Shown: one piece after another, positions 34,517 to 45,308 of the stretch
How the letters are laid out: the number at the start of each line of letters is the position of its first letter
Position numbering within the stretch: the first letter of the stretch is position 1
Virus record (IMG/VR): IMGVR_UViG_3300021602_000006
Location: 6,490-70,489 of that record
Length of the DNA: 64,000 bases
Direction: 5' to 3' (one strand)
Source: a virus
Notes under the pieces: generated by a model
Database searches by the model: none
What the model was told of the DNA's origin: nothing
Seen by the model: only the letters and a program-made list of their open reading frames with translations
Translations under genes and position numbers: made by a program

Positions 34517-35133
34517 ACTTTCTCTTTACAATTATCAAAGTGCCATCTATTCATATTTCCGATATTTTTACTTGTTAATCCGCAGTGCGGGCAAGTAATT
34601 TCGGGTCTATTTTTCCATGCCGCTTTCATATCATCTTTTGTTTCCGTTGTATGTTTCTTCCCATAAAAGAAATTATTGGATCCAGTATTAGACTCCTTAA
34701 TTCTAGAAATTTGCCATTCAGAAATTTCTTTACCAGTATGTAATTTACTTAAGAGTAATTTAACTTTGTCGGAATGTGTTTTTCCAAACATAGGATTATA
34801 GGCACCTGTGTTATATTCTGATAAACCCTTTCGTAAATACTCAAACTGTCTCGATGTTAGTTTATGTCTATGTTGTCTATATTTGCTTTGAGTCATCTTA
34901 TTTAACGCATTGAACATTTTCTTTTTAGCCATACCGTCTACCATTTTAGTTAATAAATAATGGCATATAAAATGTTCCCTTGCAGTCAATCGAACCATAT
35001 TGTTGGGTGTATTATCGCCGCCTAACGATTTAGGAATAATATGATGATTTTCTGCATAACACGCTAATTGTCTATTCTTAGCGCGTAGAATTAATTTATT
35101 ATACCATAATGTATATTTGCTATTATTAAACAT
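34513..35133 (-). CDS. HNH homing endonuclease with NUMOD3 repeats
   Basis: ENHHIIPKSLGG..LTAREHFICH; MFGKTHS, FYGKKHT; paralogue of 913-1593. Confidence 0.85.
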   Translation of the reverse strand: MFNNSKYTLWYNKLILRAKNRQLACYAENHHIIPKSLGGDNTPNNMVRLTAREHFICHYLLTKMVDGMAKKKMFNALNKMTQSKYRQHRHKLTSRQFEYLRKGLSEYNTGAYNPMFGKTHSDKVKLLLSKLHTGKEISEWQISRIKESNTGSNNFFYGKKHTTETKDDMKAAWKNRPEITCPHCGLTSKNIGNMNRWHFDNCKEKV

Positions 35134-35183
35134 CGGTTGACCTTATTGTTAAAATATTATACAATAATACAAAGGATAAAACA

Positions 35184-35702
35184 ATGAAAAATTCAAGAAA
35201 TATATCTATCGACTGTGAATCAGACGGCCCCTGTCCGGGAATGCATTCACTCATTTGTTTTGGCGCCGTGATTGTTGAAGCTGGGCTTCAACGGACTTTC
35301 TATGCTCAGTTAAGACCTATCTCAGAAATCTATATACCCGAAGCACTTGCTATTAGCGGGTTTTCTCGTGAGGAAACTTTGAAATTCCCCGAACCACGCG
35401 ATGCAATGCAAAATTTTGAAATTTGGCTCAATAAAAATATAGAGGGTCGCCCAATAATGTGGTCTGATAATCCAGGATATGATTCTCAATTTTTAAATTA
35501 TTATTTCTGGCAGCAATTAGGTCGTAACCCATTCGGATGGTCATCTGCACACATAGGTTCTTTCTATAAAGGCATAACCGGTGACGTGCATAAGACATTC
35601 AAACACCTACGTCAAACAAAGCATACACATCATCCAGTAGATGATGCAAAGGGTAATGCCGAAGCATTGCTGAAAATGTTTGAAATGATAAAGAAGAAAT
35701 AA
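35184..35702 (+). CDS. DEDDh 3'-5' exonuclease
   Basis: IDCESDG, DNPGYD, HHPVDDA. Confidence 0.85.
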   Translation: MKNSRNISIDCESDGPCPGMHSLICFGAVIVEAGLQRTFYAQLRPISEIYIPEALAISGFSREETLKFPEPRDAMQNFEIWLNKNIEGRPIMWSDNPGYDSQFLNYYFWQQLGRNPFGWSSAHIGSFYKGITGDVHKTFKHLRQTKHTHHPVDDAKGNAEALLKMFEMIKKK

Positions 35703-35703
35703 T

Positions 35704-35910
35704 GTGACTAAATTAACTCATGTAAAATGGATTAGTAGTAATCTACCTGTTATCATACTTAATAGAAATGATAACAGACTTTATGTGACTAAACTCGAAC
35801 TTAAGGAATTAAGAGACGAGATAGATAAATTCATCACATATTATAAAGAAGATTTCGAAGAGACCAATATTAATTACGACGACTTCGACGAATGGAAAGA
35901 TTATGAATGA
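35704..35910 (+). CDS. Hypothetical protein
   Basis: ORF track, operon position. Confidence 0.55.
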   Translation: MTKLTHVKWISSNLPVIILNRNDNRLYVTKLELKELRDEIDKFITYYKEDFEETNINYDDFDEWKDYE

Positions 35911-36121
35911 TTATGATAGAAGCAATCTGGATTTTCTGTTAACCATTAGTGCAGCTACGTTGAAAGATTGGTATAATAAAATGAGTAATGACGACATCGA
36001 ATATGCTAATGATATAATGGCGCAATATAGTGCAGAACTAGATGTGAAGTCGGCGCTGCTAGACGACGATGTGGACGATATTAGCATTGCTTCAGATCTA
36101 TTAAAGAAGTATAGGTTATGA
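35903..36121 (+). CDS. Hypothetical protein (DRSNLDFLL)
   Basis: Overlapping operon. Confidence 0.75.
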   Translation: MNDYDRSNLDFLLTISAATLKDWYNKMSNDDIEYANDIMAQYSAELDVKSALLDDDVDDISIASDLLKKYRL

Positions 36122-36606
36122 GTCTTGTAGGTCCATGGCTATCTACCACTTCAACAAAGAAACGTAGTGAGAAAATAACTAAGTCGAAGCAGGAAGAATT
36201 CGAGCGTGGGTGGCGTGAAAGAAATATACGGTTAAGAGAAATGCATCTTCCTAAGGAAACATTCGAACAATATATGGAATGGGTTTATGGGCGCGGCAAA
36301 AAAACGAAGAAGGAAACTCGAATGGATGAAGTCTATAAGACGGCCGTTACCAAAACGACTTCGGGGTCGACTAAGACGAAGACGGTTATGGGCACAGAGT
36401 CGTGTTCTACTACTCCCTACATACGTCCCACCGAAAATAAAAAACACTTATCGCGTACGACCCCCGGAACCGGTTCCGGGACGCTTAAACCGACGCCAAC
36501 GTATACGGGATCGAATATCTTAGGTATTTCGCAAATGGCTAAATCAAATGCTGTGCCGGTTTTTAGTAAAGACGAAATGATAGAAATAGCAAGGATGAGA
36601 AGATGA
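36118..36606 (+). CDS. Conserved myovirus hypothetical protein
   Basis: C-terminus YTG..GI.QMAKSNAVPVFS..EIARMRR. Confidence 0.8.
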   Translation: MSLVGPWLSTTSTKKRSEKITKSKQEEFERGWRERNIRLREMHLPKETFEQYMEWVYGRGKKTKKETRMDEVYKTAVTKTTSGSTKTKTVMGTESCSTTPYIRPTENKKHLSRTTPGTGSGTLKPTPTYTGSNILGISQMAKSNAVPVFSKDEMIEIARMRR

Positions 36607-36881
36607 AACAAATATATTTGTCTGAAGATTTCATAGCGCGTGATTATGTAGCAGACATGTTTCTACTAAATCCGGATGCTTCTAAAGAGCGAGAATATTT
36701 AAAAACTATTCCTCGCGAAGATATGATAAAGTTTCATCATACGGAAGGTAGGTATATTAGAAATAAGTATAACCTATGGGATCCGGACCGTCCTCTGACT
36801 AAGGATGCACACCCGGACGACGTTAGCATGAATATATTATATAAAATTTGGGATATACTTAATGGACCTATTACGCAGTGA
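36603..36881 (+). CDS. Hypothetical protein (HHTEGRYIRN..HPDDVS)
   Basis: ATGA overlap. Confidence 0.75.
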   Translation: MKQIYLSEDFIARDYVADMFLLNPDASKEREYLKTIPREDMIKFHHTEGRYIRNKYNLWDPDRPLTKDAHPDDVSMNILYKIWDILNGPITQ

Positions 36882-37092
36882 AAATTTCGATAAAGATGTT
36901 GTGCCGGACAAATGGTTCTATTTTGAAATAATGGATCGAGCACATATGCTATGTAATCATATAGATAGCGCATTTACTGATCATCCAGGATTAGATGAAG
37001 AACACTCGGCCATGGCAATGAAGGCAAGCGAGCTCATCGGTGAAATATATCAGTGGGCCGGCCGCAAGATGGACGAGGTTTGTGATGATTAA
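36862..37092 (+). CDS. Hypothetical protein
   Basis: EIMDRAH..DHP..YQWAG. Confidence 0.7.
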   Translation: MDLLRSENFDKDVVPDKWFYFEIMDRAHMLCNHIDSAFTDHPGLDEEHSAMAMKASELIGEIYQWAGRKMDEVCDD

Positions 37093-37531
37093 GATAGCAC
37101 ATCGCGGCAATTATAGAGGCAGAGACGAACTACGAGAAAATACATCTGCATATATAGAGGAAGCAATTGCGGCAGGATACAATGTCGAAATAGATGTATG
37201 GTTACTCGGCAATGTTTGGTATCTGGGTCACGATTTTCCAAAAGAAGAGATTACTTTATCGTTTATGGAACGTCCCCAGATATGGTCTCACGCTAAAGAT
37301 TTAAGAGGCTATATCAGTCTGTATAATAACCCAAGAGTACATGTATTTTGGCACGACAGGGACGATTTTGTATTCACATCAAAAGGTATCAAGTGGGCAA
37401 GGGCTGGCATAAGAACACATGACGGGATAATGGTAATGCCCAACAACAGCGAGGTTATCGGTAAAATTCGTGACAAAGAACTAACACCTTTGGGAATTTG
37501 TTGTGACGATTTCAAAATTTATGATGTCTGA
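37085..37531 (+). CDS. Glycerophosphodiester phosphodiesterase-like protein
   Basis: IAHRGN, EN, VEIDVW, LGHD, GICCD. Confidence 0.8.
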   Translation: MIKIAHRGNYRGRDELRENTSAYIEEAIAAGYNVEIDVWLLGNVWYLGHDFPKEEITLSFMERPQIWSHAKDLRGYISLYNNPRVHVFWHDRDDFVFTSKGIKWARAGIRTHDGIMVMPNNSEVIGKIRDKELTPLGICCDDFKIYDV

Positions 37532-38249
37532 TATATTCCTCTAAATCTTCGGGAGTTCCCACGCCATCCATGCTATCTACTGTAGAAATAGATATTTTCT
37601 GACCTGCCGATATATTTTCATTATATGTCGGGCATAGATAGAATTCGTTATTTACTCTGATATTCTTTAATATCATAGATTTAGCAGCAGATACAAAGTC
37701 TTCCCCTCGTTTCCAAATATACATTCCGGCAGTTGCGTTGTCTGATATCGGATCTTTTTCGGCAACATCTGTAACATAGCCGTTATTTCCTATACGTGCA
37801 AAACTCCACTTGGGGTCAGTATCTTTGAAACATAATATAAGACCATCTGCATCGCTATTCATAAATTTATCAAATACAATATTTGATTTCCATCCTATTA
37901 TATTATCTGAATTAATGACAATAAGAGGGTTGCTATTGTCGATATGAGATTCAGCAAGAAGGACTGAACATGCCGCACCTTCTGTGACTCCGCCCCCAGT
38001 ATCAATAATTGTACACCCAGGACATATTGCGTTTAATATCTCGTCCAGATTATAGTCTTCCCTGTGTGTTTTTTGCACAATAAAGACCCATTTTCCGTCG
38101 ATGCCCACGCTCTTTATTACGTGCTCTATCATGGGTTTCCCGAAGATAGGAATCAGTGGTTTTATGTTGATATAACCTGCATTACTAAATCTTGTCCCCA
38201 TCCCCGCCATCGGTACTACTATTATTGGTGTTAATTTTGATGATGACAT
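37512..38249 (-). CDS. Sugar-phosphate nucleotidyltransferase
   Basis: PMAGMGTRF..KPLI, NSD, VAEK, GTPEDL. Confidence 0.9.
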   Translation of the reverse strand: MSSSKLTPIIVVPMAGMGTRFSNAGYINIKPLIPIFGKPMIEHVIKSVGIDGKWVFIVQKTHREDYNLDEILNAICPGCTIIDTGGGVTEGAACSVLLAESHIDNSNPLIVINSDNIIGWKSNIVFDKFMNSDADGLILCFKDTDPKWSFARIGNNGYVTDVAEKDPISDNATAGMYIWKRGEDFVSAAKSMILKNIRVNNEFYLCPTYNENISAGQKISISTVDSMDGVGTPEDLEEYIRHHKF

Positions 38250-38844
38250 CTTGAATATTCCTTAGTGTAACATCGGACATATCGTTAACAGGAAATAGAT
38301 ATGCACCCGATGCTATAGCTGCATATTTACCTGAACAAGAGTCTTCTAATATTAGTGTTTCGGAGGGAGTTACATTTTCCCTACTCATAACAGTAAGAAA
38401 TATTTCAGGATCCGGCTTGTGATTTATTACATCGCTGTTTGAAAGAATATTTGAAAAATAGGAAGTTATACCGAGTATACTTAACAAAAGTGTTACATTT
38501 TCTTGTCTGGAGTTGCTTGCTATAGCAAGTTTGTAGTCATTTTTTAGCGTACGAAATATATTATCCTGATCGGGAAGTGTTTTAAGTGGTTGATAGAAAT
38601 GCTCGATCACATTTTTTTGCTTACTGTCGTCGATCAGAGATAATTGTAGATCAGTTAATCCGAAGTTCTGTTTTAATATACTTAGTTTATGTTTAGTTGT
38701 TTTTCCGCCCCGGTCTATAAGATGAACAAACATATCTTCGTCCATACCTGTTATAGATGATACTGCACGAATAAGACACTCTCGGTGAATACATTCGGTA
38801 TCGACGAGTACGCCGTCGAGGTCAAATATTATTAGTTTTATCAT
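38185..38844 (-). CDS. HAD-family phosphatase
   Basis: FDLDGVLVD, ASNS, KPDPE, EDS. Confidence 0.9.
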   Translation of the reverse strand: MIKLIIFDLDGVLVDTECIHRECLIRAVSSITGMDEDMFVHLIDRGGKTTKHKLSILKQNFGLTDLQLSLIDDSKQKNVIEHFYQPLKTLPDQDNIFRTLKNDYKLAIASNSRQENVTLLLSILGITSYFSNILSNSDVINHKPDPEIFLTVMSRENVTPSETLILEDSCSGKYAAIASGAYLFPVNDMSDVTLRNIQDVIIKINTNNSSTDGGDGDKI

Positions 38845-39653
38845 ATGTATTTGTTAAAATATCCGCAATCCCATTTAGTATTAGCATTACTAATAACTTC
38901 TGCAGGCCATATGCTGCCGTCATCGAGCCATTTGGTACCTATTAGATCGATCTCATATAGTAATCTTAAATCGCGCCAGTCGTGGTAAATATTGTGCACC
39001 TCACTAAACGTGTGGTCAGATGTCGCCCAATATCTGCAGAATGTTAAATTATCAAACTCAGAGGAGTTAATTATATTTGGAAAGAGATTATATACAAATT
39101 TGTACCACCATATATGCCAATCATATTCCTTATCGGTTAACCATATATCTATATTTAGCGAATCAAATAATTTAGACATATTATTATATGATGAAATAAA
39201 AAGTATATCCCCTAATTTATTAATATGTAGCGACGTTGCCCATGCAAAACCTATACCATTATCATATTTTTCTAAAGATTTTAAGTCAGGTGGTGATATA
39301 AATTGAAAAAATAAATCAGTCCTCAAAACCAATACATAATTGTACTCGATACCGCTATTTTTAATCATTTCAAATCCAGTCAGCCACCGATCGATCATTT
39401 TGCAGTTATACTTCGTTTCTTTTATATAATTGTGATTATCGATCCTTATATTTGCATATTTTCCTAAGTCTTTTAAGATAATTTCTTTATTAACATCGTG
39501 TTCTTGTAAAAAATTAATTTTATTATTAGAGTATACAGTCTTGTCCCATGTACAAATATAAATGTCGGCATCCGAATTGTCTAGAAACGTCATTGTTTTT
39601 CTTGTTATATCAAATTTTCTATATTCTCCCGATATTAAGATTGCGATTTTCAT
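38841..39653 (-). CDS. Putative glycosyltransferase-like protein
   Basis: MKIAILISGEYR..TW..YNYVLVLRTD..D. Confidence 0.6.
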   Translation of the reverse strand: MKIAILISGEYRKFDITRKTMTFLDNSDADIYICTWDKTVYSNNKINFLQEHDVNKEIILKDLGKYANIRIDNHNYIKETKYNCKMIDRWLTGFEMIKNSGIEYNYVLVLRTDLFFQFISPPDLKSLEKYDNGIGFAWATSLHINKLGDILFISSYNNMSKLFDSLNIDIWLTDKEYDWHIWWYKFVYNLFPNIINSSEFDNLTFCRYWATSDHTFSEVHNIYHDWRDLRLLYEIDLIGTKWLDDGSIWPAEVISNANTKWDCGYFNKYI

Positions 39654-40234
39654 CAGAGTGTAAAACTCCAGACACAACTATTTTTGTGCAGTGTCACCGA
39701 TTTCCCAATCATAATACTTAGCCGATCTATATTTATATTTACATCGGGGTAATGTATGGTATTACTATTCTCGGCAGTATAATAATCGTGCCCGCATATT
39801 ATTCCGCCGTGCTTAATCTTAGGTAACCAATACATTATTGTTTGCCAATCGGTTGGATTTGTATGTGCAGCATCGATGAAGAATAGATCTATGTCGTGGC
39901 CCTCCCAGCGATAATCTAAGTTATTGTCGACTATATTTGGCACAATATTTTGGTATACCTTAGTAAATAATTTGAAAGTATCGAGTGTGTTTGATCTGAT
40001 AATATTATCTGACGCTTTTATATCGTTTCCCGGCCAGTAATCGTAACAATATATTGTTGCATCGGGTGCCGCTGACGCCATACAACATGCCGATTTACCG
40101 TGCATAGAACCCACCTCAACGATAATACCGCCTGCATGAACTAAACTGGCTATGGTCGAAATTGCATCCTGGTCCCCTGTGCCGAGCCATCCAGGAACCA
40201 AATTATTATATATCTTATTCTCTTGTGTCTGCAT
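39653..40234 (-). CDS. Class I SAM methyltransferase (Methyltransf_24-like)
   Basis: VEVGSMHGKS, FIDAAH, GGIICGHDY. Confidence 0.85.
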   Translation of the reverse strand: MQTQENKIYNNLVPGWLGTGDQDAISTIASLVHAGGIIVEVGSMHGKSACCMASAAPDATIYCYDYWPGNDIKASDNIIRSNTLDTFKLFTKVYQNIVPNIVDNNLDYRWEGHDIDLFFIDAAHTNPTDWQTIMYWLPKIKHGGIICGHDYYTAENSNTIHYPDVNINIDRLSIMIGKSVTLHKNSCVWSFTL

Positions 40235-41632
40235 TTAAATTGTCCCTTTTATCGACTTATAGAACTCTTCTAGGCCAGCGAATGTTTTCAAAAAATTTGT
40301 GTTACGACGACTGTCGTGTTCATCGACAAATTTAATAAAGTCTTGGCGGTATTTATTTACTTCTGCGTTCTCTGTATTACTATATATTAAATCTCTGATG
40401 CGTTTCATCTTTTCTGCTTCGAACTTCCCAAATCCGTAATTTATACCGTTTTCGTATTCTTGATTTTTATTTATAAACTCGAGTTGATCGTCGAGATGAT
40501 GGAAAAATTCGGTCGGCATAATAAATATGCTCTGATGAGGGGGATATCGTAGATAAGGGATATCGAGCAATAAACGTGTTTGTGCGGTAAGCCATGCACT
40601 CTTAGACGGGAAGGCCTTCTTTATTTCGTATATGTCTTTAAGAAAATCTTTATACCCCACCACACTAAGAGCATTGTACGTACTCATTACTGTGATATTA
40701 AGTCCCGGGATCTCCTCTAACAACCTATATATATTTCTTAACCAAAGCGCATAATCCATTCCAAAACGAATATATTCTGCCTGCTTGCCTGCGGCTTCTG
40801 CACTAGTAAATATTTTTAATTGCTTTACTTTTCCTTCGTTTATGATGATTTTAATTTTTTCTATAAATGCGTCAAGCAATGCAGCAGGTGGACAAAGATT
40901 AGAATTGATACTAAGATCCAATACTGGGTTCGGATTTTCAATAATATAGTCTAGTACTCTGAATGTATTCTTGCTTAACAAAGGTTCCCCACCGGTTATT
41001 CTGAAATGCTCTAACGAGTTGTACATCCTGGGCCACCATTCCCAGAATGCATCCACGTAAGGATTTTCATCTCTGCTCGGGATAGGAATCATGTTTTGTG
41101 AACGCGGCCAATCCAGGTTATTAAATCGGCCGCTAGTCGGGTACGCCCCGTATTTTTCTAATTCATCTAACCATTGACTACTAGCATGTGGACCACAATA
41201 ACTACATTTGAAATTACATACATTACTGAAGCTTACTTCGACATAGCTAGGATCTACGTTATCATCCCATGATTTAGATGTTATGTCCTTAATATGAGGT
41301 AATGCCCAACTATCCGAACTTTTTACAGTCCTGTCACTGATATTTCCCTGATCTTCTACTCTCCAGCAATAATCACATTCTGGAGGTCGAATACCGCTCA
41401 ACATTAACTTTCGCTGTTGTTTTTTATACTCTGTATTATGTAAGGCAGTGGGGTTACGTTTAATTTCAGATAAGGGAATAAAATGTGTAGATGGGTGGTG
41501 GCAGCTATGTGTGTGGCCATTCTGAAGGTGCATTGTTACTTGCTTCCATTTTGCTACACAGAAACTAGGACTAACTTCGTTTATCTCTTCCCTTACATTT
41601 TCTAAATACTCTGTATATTTCTGGTTACTCAT
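40235..41632 (-). CDS. Radical SAM protein with N-terminal Twitch/SPASM-like domain
   Basis: CNFKCSYC, TGGEP, N-terminal C..SCHH..CDYCW. Confidence 0.9.
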   Translation of the reverse strand: MSNQKYTEYLENVREEINEVSPSFCVAKWKQVTMHLQNGHTHSCHHPSTHFIPLSEIKRNPTALHNTEYKKQQRKLMLSGIRPPECDYCWRVEDQGNISDRTVKSSDSWALPHIKDITSKSWDDNVDPSYVEVSFSNVCNFKCSYCGPHASSQWLDELEKYGAYPTSGRFNNLDWPRSQNMIPIPSRDENPYVDAFWEWWPRMYNSLEHFRITGGEPLLSKNTFRVLDYIIENPNPVLDLSINSNLCPPAALLDAFIEKIKIIINEGKVKQLKIFTSAEAAGKQAEYIRFGMDYALWLRNIYRLLEEIPGLNITVMSTYNALSVVGYKDFLKDIYEIKKAFPSKSAWLTAQTRLLLDIPYLRYPPHQSIFIMPTEFFHHLDDQLEFINKNQEYENGINYGFGKFEAEKMKRIRDLIYSNTENAEVNKYRQDFIKFVDEHDSRRNTNFLKTFAGLEEFYKSIKGTI

Positions 41633-42225
41633 ATCTTTCCTATCACCATATATCTTGTATACATGGGCATTATTAATTTGCCTGAATATAATATATTCGT
41701 AAGGCCTGTTTGTTCTATAAACTCTTCCTCGCTATGAACACAATTAATGTGCCCATTTCCACTATCATAATTATTTGATTGTAAAATTAATAATTTATTT
41801 TCAGGGATTAATGATATCCATCCACAAATGTCTGCAATATGCTCGCAGCTTGTATTAACTATAATATCTTCATTATAATCATATTTATACATGTCCGCTG
41901 TTATGCATCTTATGTCCTGCATGTTATAAATCATGTTATTAATAAATCTTTCACAACGTGGATCTATATCTAACATATTCACTTTAACGCCAGGAAATTG
42001 AGCGTGTATTAACATTCCTAAGGTGCCATACCAAGCACCTGCTATAAGAAATGTTTTATCTTCGCATAGAGGGTATAAATCAATAAGCTTTTCTATCACC
42101 CACTCTTTACTGCGAATTTGCCCAAGACTAAACATATCACGAAATTCGTCATACCTGGGTGCAAATTCGGCAGGTGTTGAATATAAAGCATTAGTATACC
42201 TTATAATAAAATTGGAATCTATCAC
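41629..42225 (-). CDS. SAM methyltransferase-like protein
   Basis: AGAWYG, DID, NTSCEH. Confidence 0.7.
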   Translation of the reverse strand: MIDSNFIIRYTNALYSTPAEFAPRYDEFRDMFSLGQIRSKEWVIEKLIDLYPLCEDKTFLIAGAWYGTLGMLIHAQFPGVKVNMLDIDPRCERFINNMIYNMQDIRCITADMYKYDYNEDIIVNTSCEHIADICGWISLIPENKLLILQSNNYDSGNGHINCVHSEEEFIEQTGLTNILYSGKLIMPMYTRYMVIGKI

Positions 42226-43223
42226 TTATTTGTTTTCCTAAGTTCCGAAAGCTCTGACTCAGTAAACATTTTATTCATGCGCGGTGTATTGTATTGTGCT
42301 GCTTTATAGAACTTACTCTGTATTTCGTCAAGCTCAGCTAATTCCATACCTAACCCTTTTCTGAGTTCGTCGCCCAAACTTTCTATCGCTGCCCATAGGC
42401 GTGTCTTATCCCACCTGTAGTCGGTTTTATAGCATCTTTCAAAATCGTTAGATAATGTATCTGCTTCAAACTTCGGCATAATTTCGCCGGAAAAGAAATT
42501 ATTTAACCAATCGAAGTCTCTTACATTCAAATAGTCCCAGTCAGTCAAGTTAGTCATTTGGCAACCCAATCTTGTACCATACATCGACCATAAACCGTTT
42601 TCAACATCTGCACCAACGCTGCACCAAGTGATCAATCGTTTATAATTTCCAATCCATATTATTTTCTTAAAATTGTCGGCCTCTATCTTTCCGCCCTGAT
42701 TCAATCCCATCTTAACGCCTTCTCTGAATCCTGCACGGAATGCTTGGCGTGGACTACCGTTAGGGTAAGTAATGCTGTATTGGTTAATCATTTGTACATA
42801 GCTATCTTCCCAGCAGAAATCTACCTGATTTCTTTCGTCATCGCTATATGCATTTTCGTGTGTATGCATATCTAATACATATTGTTTTGGCCAGCATTTT
42901 AGCCCGCCATTACCGTATTCCAGCCCGTTTATAACATTCTTAGCTGTCCAGCTAACTGCTTTATCTTTTAGTTTCGGATGTTCGAAATCTAATTCCATAT
43001 CAAAGAAGTCCGGGTCTACGATGTTATCACCGTCAACAGAGATAAATCTGTCAGTATCTGATAAATTTGCTGCTGCTTTATGGGCAGCGTCGGAACCTTT
43101 TACTCCATGAACTCTTTTAGCCCACGGCACTTTGTTTTGTAAATCCGCCCAATTCTCTTCACAATTCTCTTCGTCGTAGCTAATAAAAATAGTATCTAAC
43201 GAATTCATTAATGTAAATGCCAT
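42222..43223 (-). CDS. GT-A-like glycosyltransferase
   Basis: FISYDE, VDGDN, YGNGG, AFRAGFRE. Confidence 0.7.
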   Translation of the reverse strand: MAFTLMNSLDTIFISYDEENCEENWADLQNKVPWAKRVHGVKGSDAAHKAAANLSDTDRFISVDGDNIVDPDFFDMELDFEHPKLKDKAVSWTAKNVINGLEYGNGGLKCWPKQYVLDMHTHENAYSDDERNQVDFCWEDSYVQMINQYSITYPNGSPRQAFRAGFREGVKMGLNQGGKIEADNFKKIIWIGNYKRLITWCSVGADVENGLWSMYGTRLGCQMTNLTDWDYLNVRDFDWLNNFFSGEIMPKFEADTLSNDFERCYKTDYRWDKTRLWAAIESLGDELRKGLGMELAELDEIQSKFYKAAQYNTPRMNKMFTESELSELRKTNK

Positions 43224-43840
43224 TACTCTGCCTTTTCTTTATATTCATAACCGCCTACTAATTTTTTAGTATATGCGCTCACATTAGTGTAGCTGCCAGT
43301 ATAGTTAAAATACAACCTTTCAGTATCGAATAATGCCCTGGGTGCCAAAACAAACGAAAATAATAAATGATAAGGGTTATTTCGTTTAGTTATATAAACT
43401 GTAGACGGTCCTTTATTTAAAAAATCAGAAACACGTTCCTGTTCTTCTTCTGTTCCGTTTTTATACATATCTTTAATATCTGTGGATAACCGTACACTAA
43501 AAACTTTATTTTCTGTGTTATTTGTGATAATAATTCCACTAAAATATTGTTCTTTTGTATCGGTGGTTTCTACTTTGGTAAGATATGAATCTAAAGATCT
43601 GGTATAATTGATGGTAACTAGTTTCTTTAGCAGAACATATGTTATACCGGACGATTTTTCTACTTTCTTTACTTTGTAGTCAAATGTATTGCTTACACCC
43701 GTCAAAAATTTCTCCACCAAAGGGAGAGGGAATGTAGCTACCGAAAAGTGCGCCGAAAAATTTTCATCCAGCGCAGGTGTTATAGCTTTTATGTCGCCGT
43801 TTACATCATAGAAAACATACATTAAAATTAAGGATGCCAT
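43223..43840 (-). CDS. Hypothetical protein
   Basis: Coupled ORF in operon. Confidence 0.75.
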   Translation of the reverse strand: MASLILMYVFYDVNGDIKAITPALDENFSAHFSVATFPLPLVEKFLTGVSNTFDYKVKKVEKSSGITYVLLKKLVTINYTRSLDSYLTKVETTDTKEQYFSGIIITNNTENKVFSVRLSTDIKDMYKNGTEEEQERVSDFLNKGPSTVYITKRNNPYHLLFSFVLAPRALFDTERLYFNYTGSYTNVSAYTKKLVGGYEYKEKAE

Positions 43841-44685
43841 ATATTAACCCTCTTTTCTAAAATAGCAATCATATCGTCAGTTAACCAATCTTTTGTATTA
43901 TAATGGAACGGAAGCGTCTGCTCGTAGTTACCTATCTTAAATGTTCCTTCATCCGTAAAATAGGTAGGGATACATTTTGTCCAATCATCGGTTAAATATT
44001 TCTCGTTTATATTCTGCAAATGTGATTTCATATGAACAAAGGACGGCATTGACGATGCATTTCCGAAACATTCCTTTTCTATTCCCAATAACTTAATAGC
44101 CAATGCATAAGCTACATCGCCCGATAATACTTTTGGGCGAGTTTCGTCTAAATAGTTGTAGTAGAATCTTTCCCAATTTTCAAATATTAGTTCTACCATT
44201 TTAAATAATTCTGCTGTTAAGGTAGTTTTCTTAAAATACATAAATGCAGTGTATACATTAGGTAATTCGTTGGCAACAAAAGTTTCTCTATATTTTGTAG
44301 ATGTAATCACTTCTCCGCGGAATGTTCTCGGTTTATCTGTGATCCAGATATCTTTATGCGACATTATATCCCACCAATCAGTTATATCAGCCGGAAAAAG
44401 CATATCTGCATCTAACACGACAGTTTCGTCGAACGGAGTCATGTGGTAATATTTCCACTTATTGTTTATCTTCCATTTAGAATACAATGCTTGGTCGGTC
44501 CACGGTATATCCACTATGTGATCAAATACATCAGCATACTTATCAGGAACACTGTCTGTAGTTGCTAAAGCAACCTGGTGCACACCGGCTTGTGTATTTT
44601 TAATACTTAGTGCTAAGGCATAAGCAAGCCTGACATAGTCGTCCTTCTTAGTATTCTGTGCTAAAATTAAATATCCACGAGTCAT
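43828..44685 (-). CDS. GT-A glycosyltransferase-like protein
   Basis: GYLILAQN, TPFDETVVLDADM, FVHMK. Confidence 0.75.
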   Translation of the reverse strand: MTRGYLILAQNTKKDDYVRLAYALALSIKNTQAGVHQVALATTDSVPDKYADVFDHIVDIPWTDQALYSKWKINNKWKYYHMTPFDETVVLDADMLFPADITDWWDIMSHKDIWITDKPRTFRGEVITSTKYRETFVANELPNVYTAFMYFKKTTLTAELFKMVELIFENWERFYYNYLDETRPKVLSGDVAYALAIKLLGIEKECFGNASSMPSFVHMKSHLQNINEKYLTDDWTKCIPTYFTDEGTFKIGNYEQTLPFHYNTKDWLTDDMIAILEKRVNIWHP

Positions 44686-45308
44686 ACTTGTTCCTTTTTT
44701 AATCTATTATAGAATGTTTGATAAAGAATATTATGGGCTTTTGCAGCAGATTTAATCGATACGTATTCTTTTCCGTCGTATGTGATAGGTATGGTATTTT
44801 TTGGCAGTTTGCCAAACATAACATTCTTATCCCCTAGTTGTCTTGCTGTCATATATTCTTTACTTTTCTTCGAGTATATTCTTTTGCTGGGCTGCGATTT
44901 TCCAATTTTCAATTTAGTATCTTCTGATTGTTTTGTGCCGAATAGCGGACTTTTATCACCTGTCCGATTAGCGGAAAATATTAACCGTTGCTCATCCGTC
45001 CATACCCGTCCTGTGCCGCCTTCACCGCCGTTGGTTAAATTTAACAAAGGCCCTAGTTTTAAATCTTTTCTGCCAAGTTTTGCTATTAGTTCCTCTTCTA
45101 AGAATAATGCAAATTCTCTGTCCAACTCCGTATAAATTCCTATATTAGGTTTAATATTATTCTTTTTCATAAATTGCAATCGCTGAATGAACGGGCTCTT
45201 TCGTTTAGCTCTCAAATGATCCCAGGCCCTGTTCTTTTGACCCATACCAACATATATGGGTTCGTTGTTTCTCGATGGATCATAATAAATATAAGTGTAG
45301 AAATTCAT
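44682..45308 (-). CDS. GIY-YIG-type homing endonuclease with NUMOD-like tail
   Basis: YTYIYYDP..YVGMG..RAWDH..E..LLNLTNGGEG. Confidence 0.8.
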   Translation of the reverse strand: MNFYTYIYYDPSRNNEPIYVGMGQKNRAWDHLRAKRKSPFIQRLQFMKKNNIKPNIGIYTELDREFALFLEEELIAKLGRKDLKLGPLLNLTNGGEGGTGRVWTDEQRLIFSANRTGDKSPLFGTKQSEDTKLKIGKSQPSKRIYSKKSKEYMTARQLGDKNVMFGKLPKNTIPITYDGKEYVSIKSAAKAHNILYQTFYNRLKKEQV

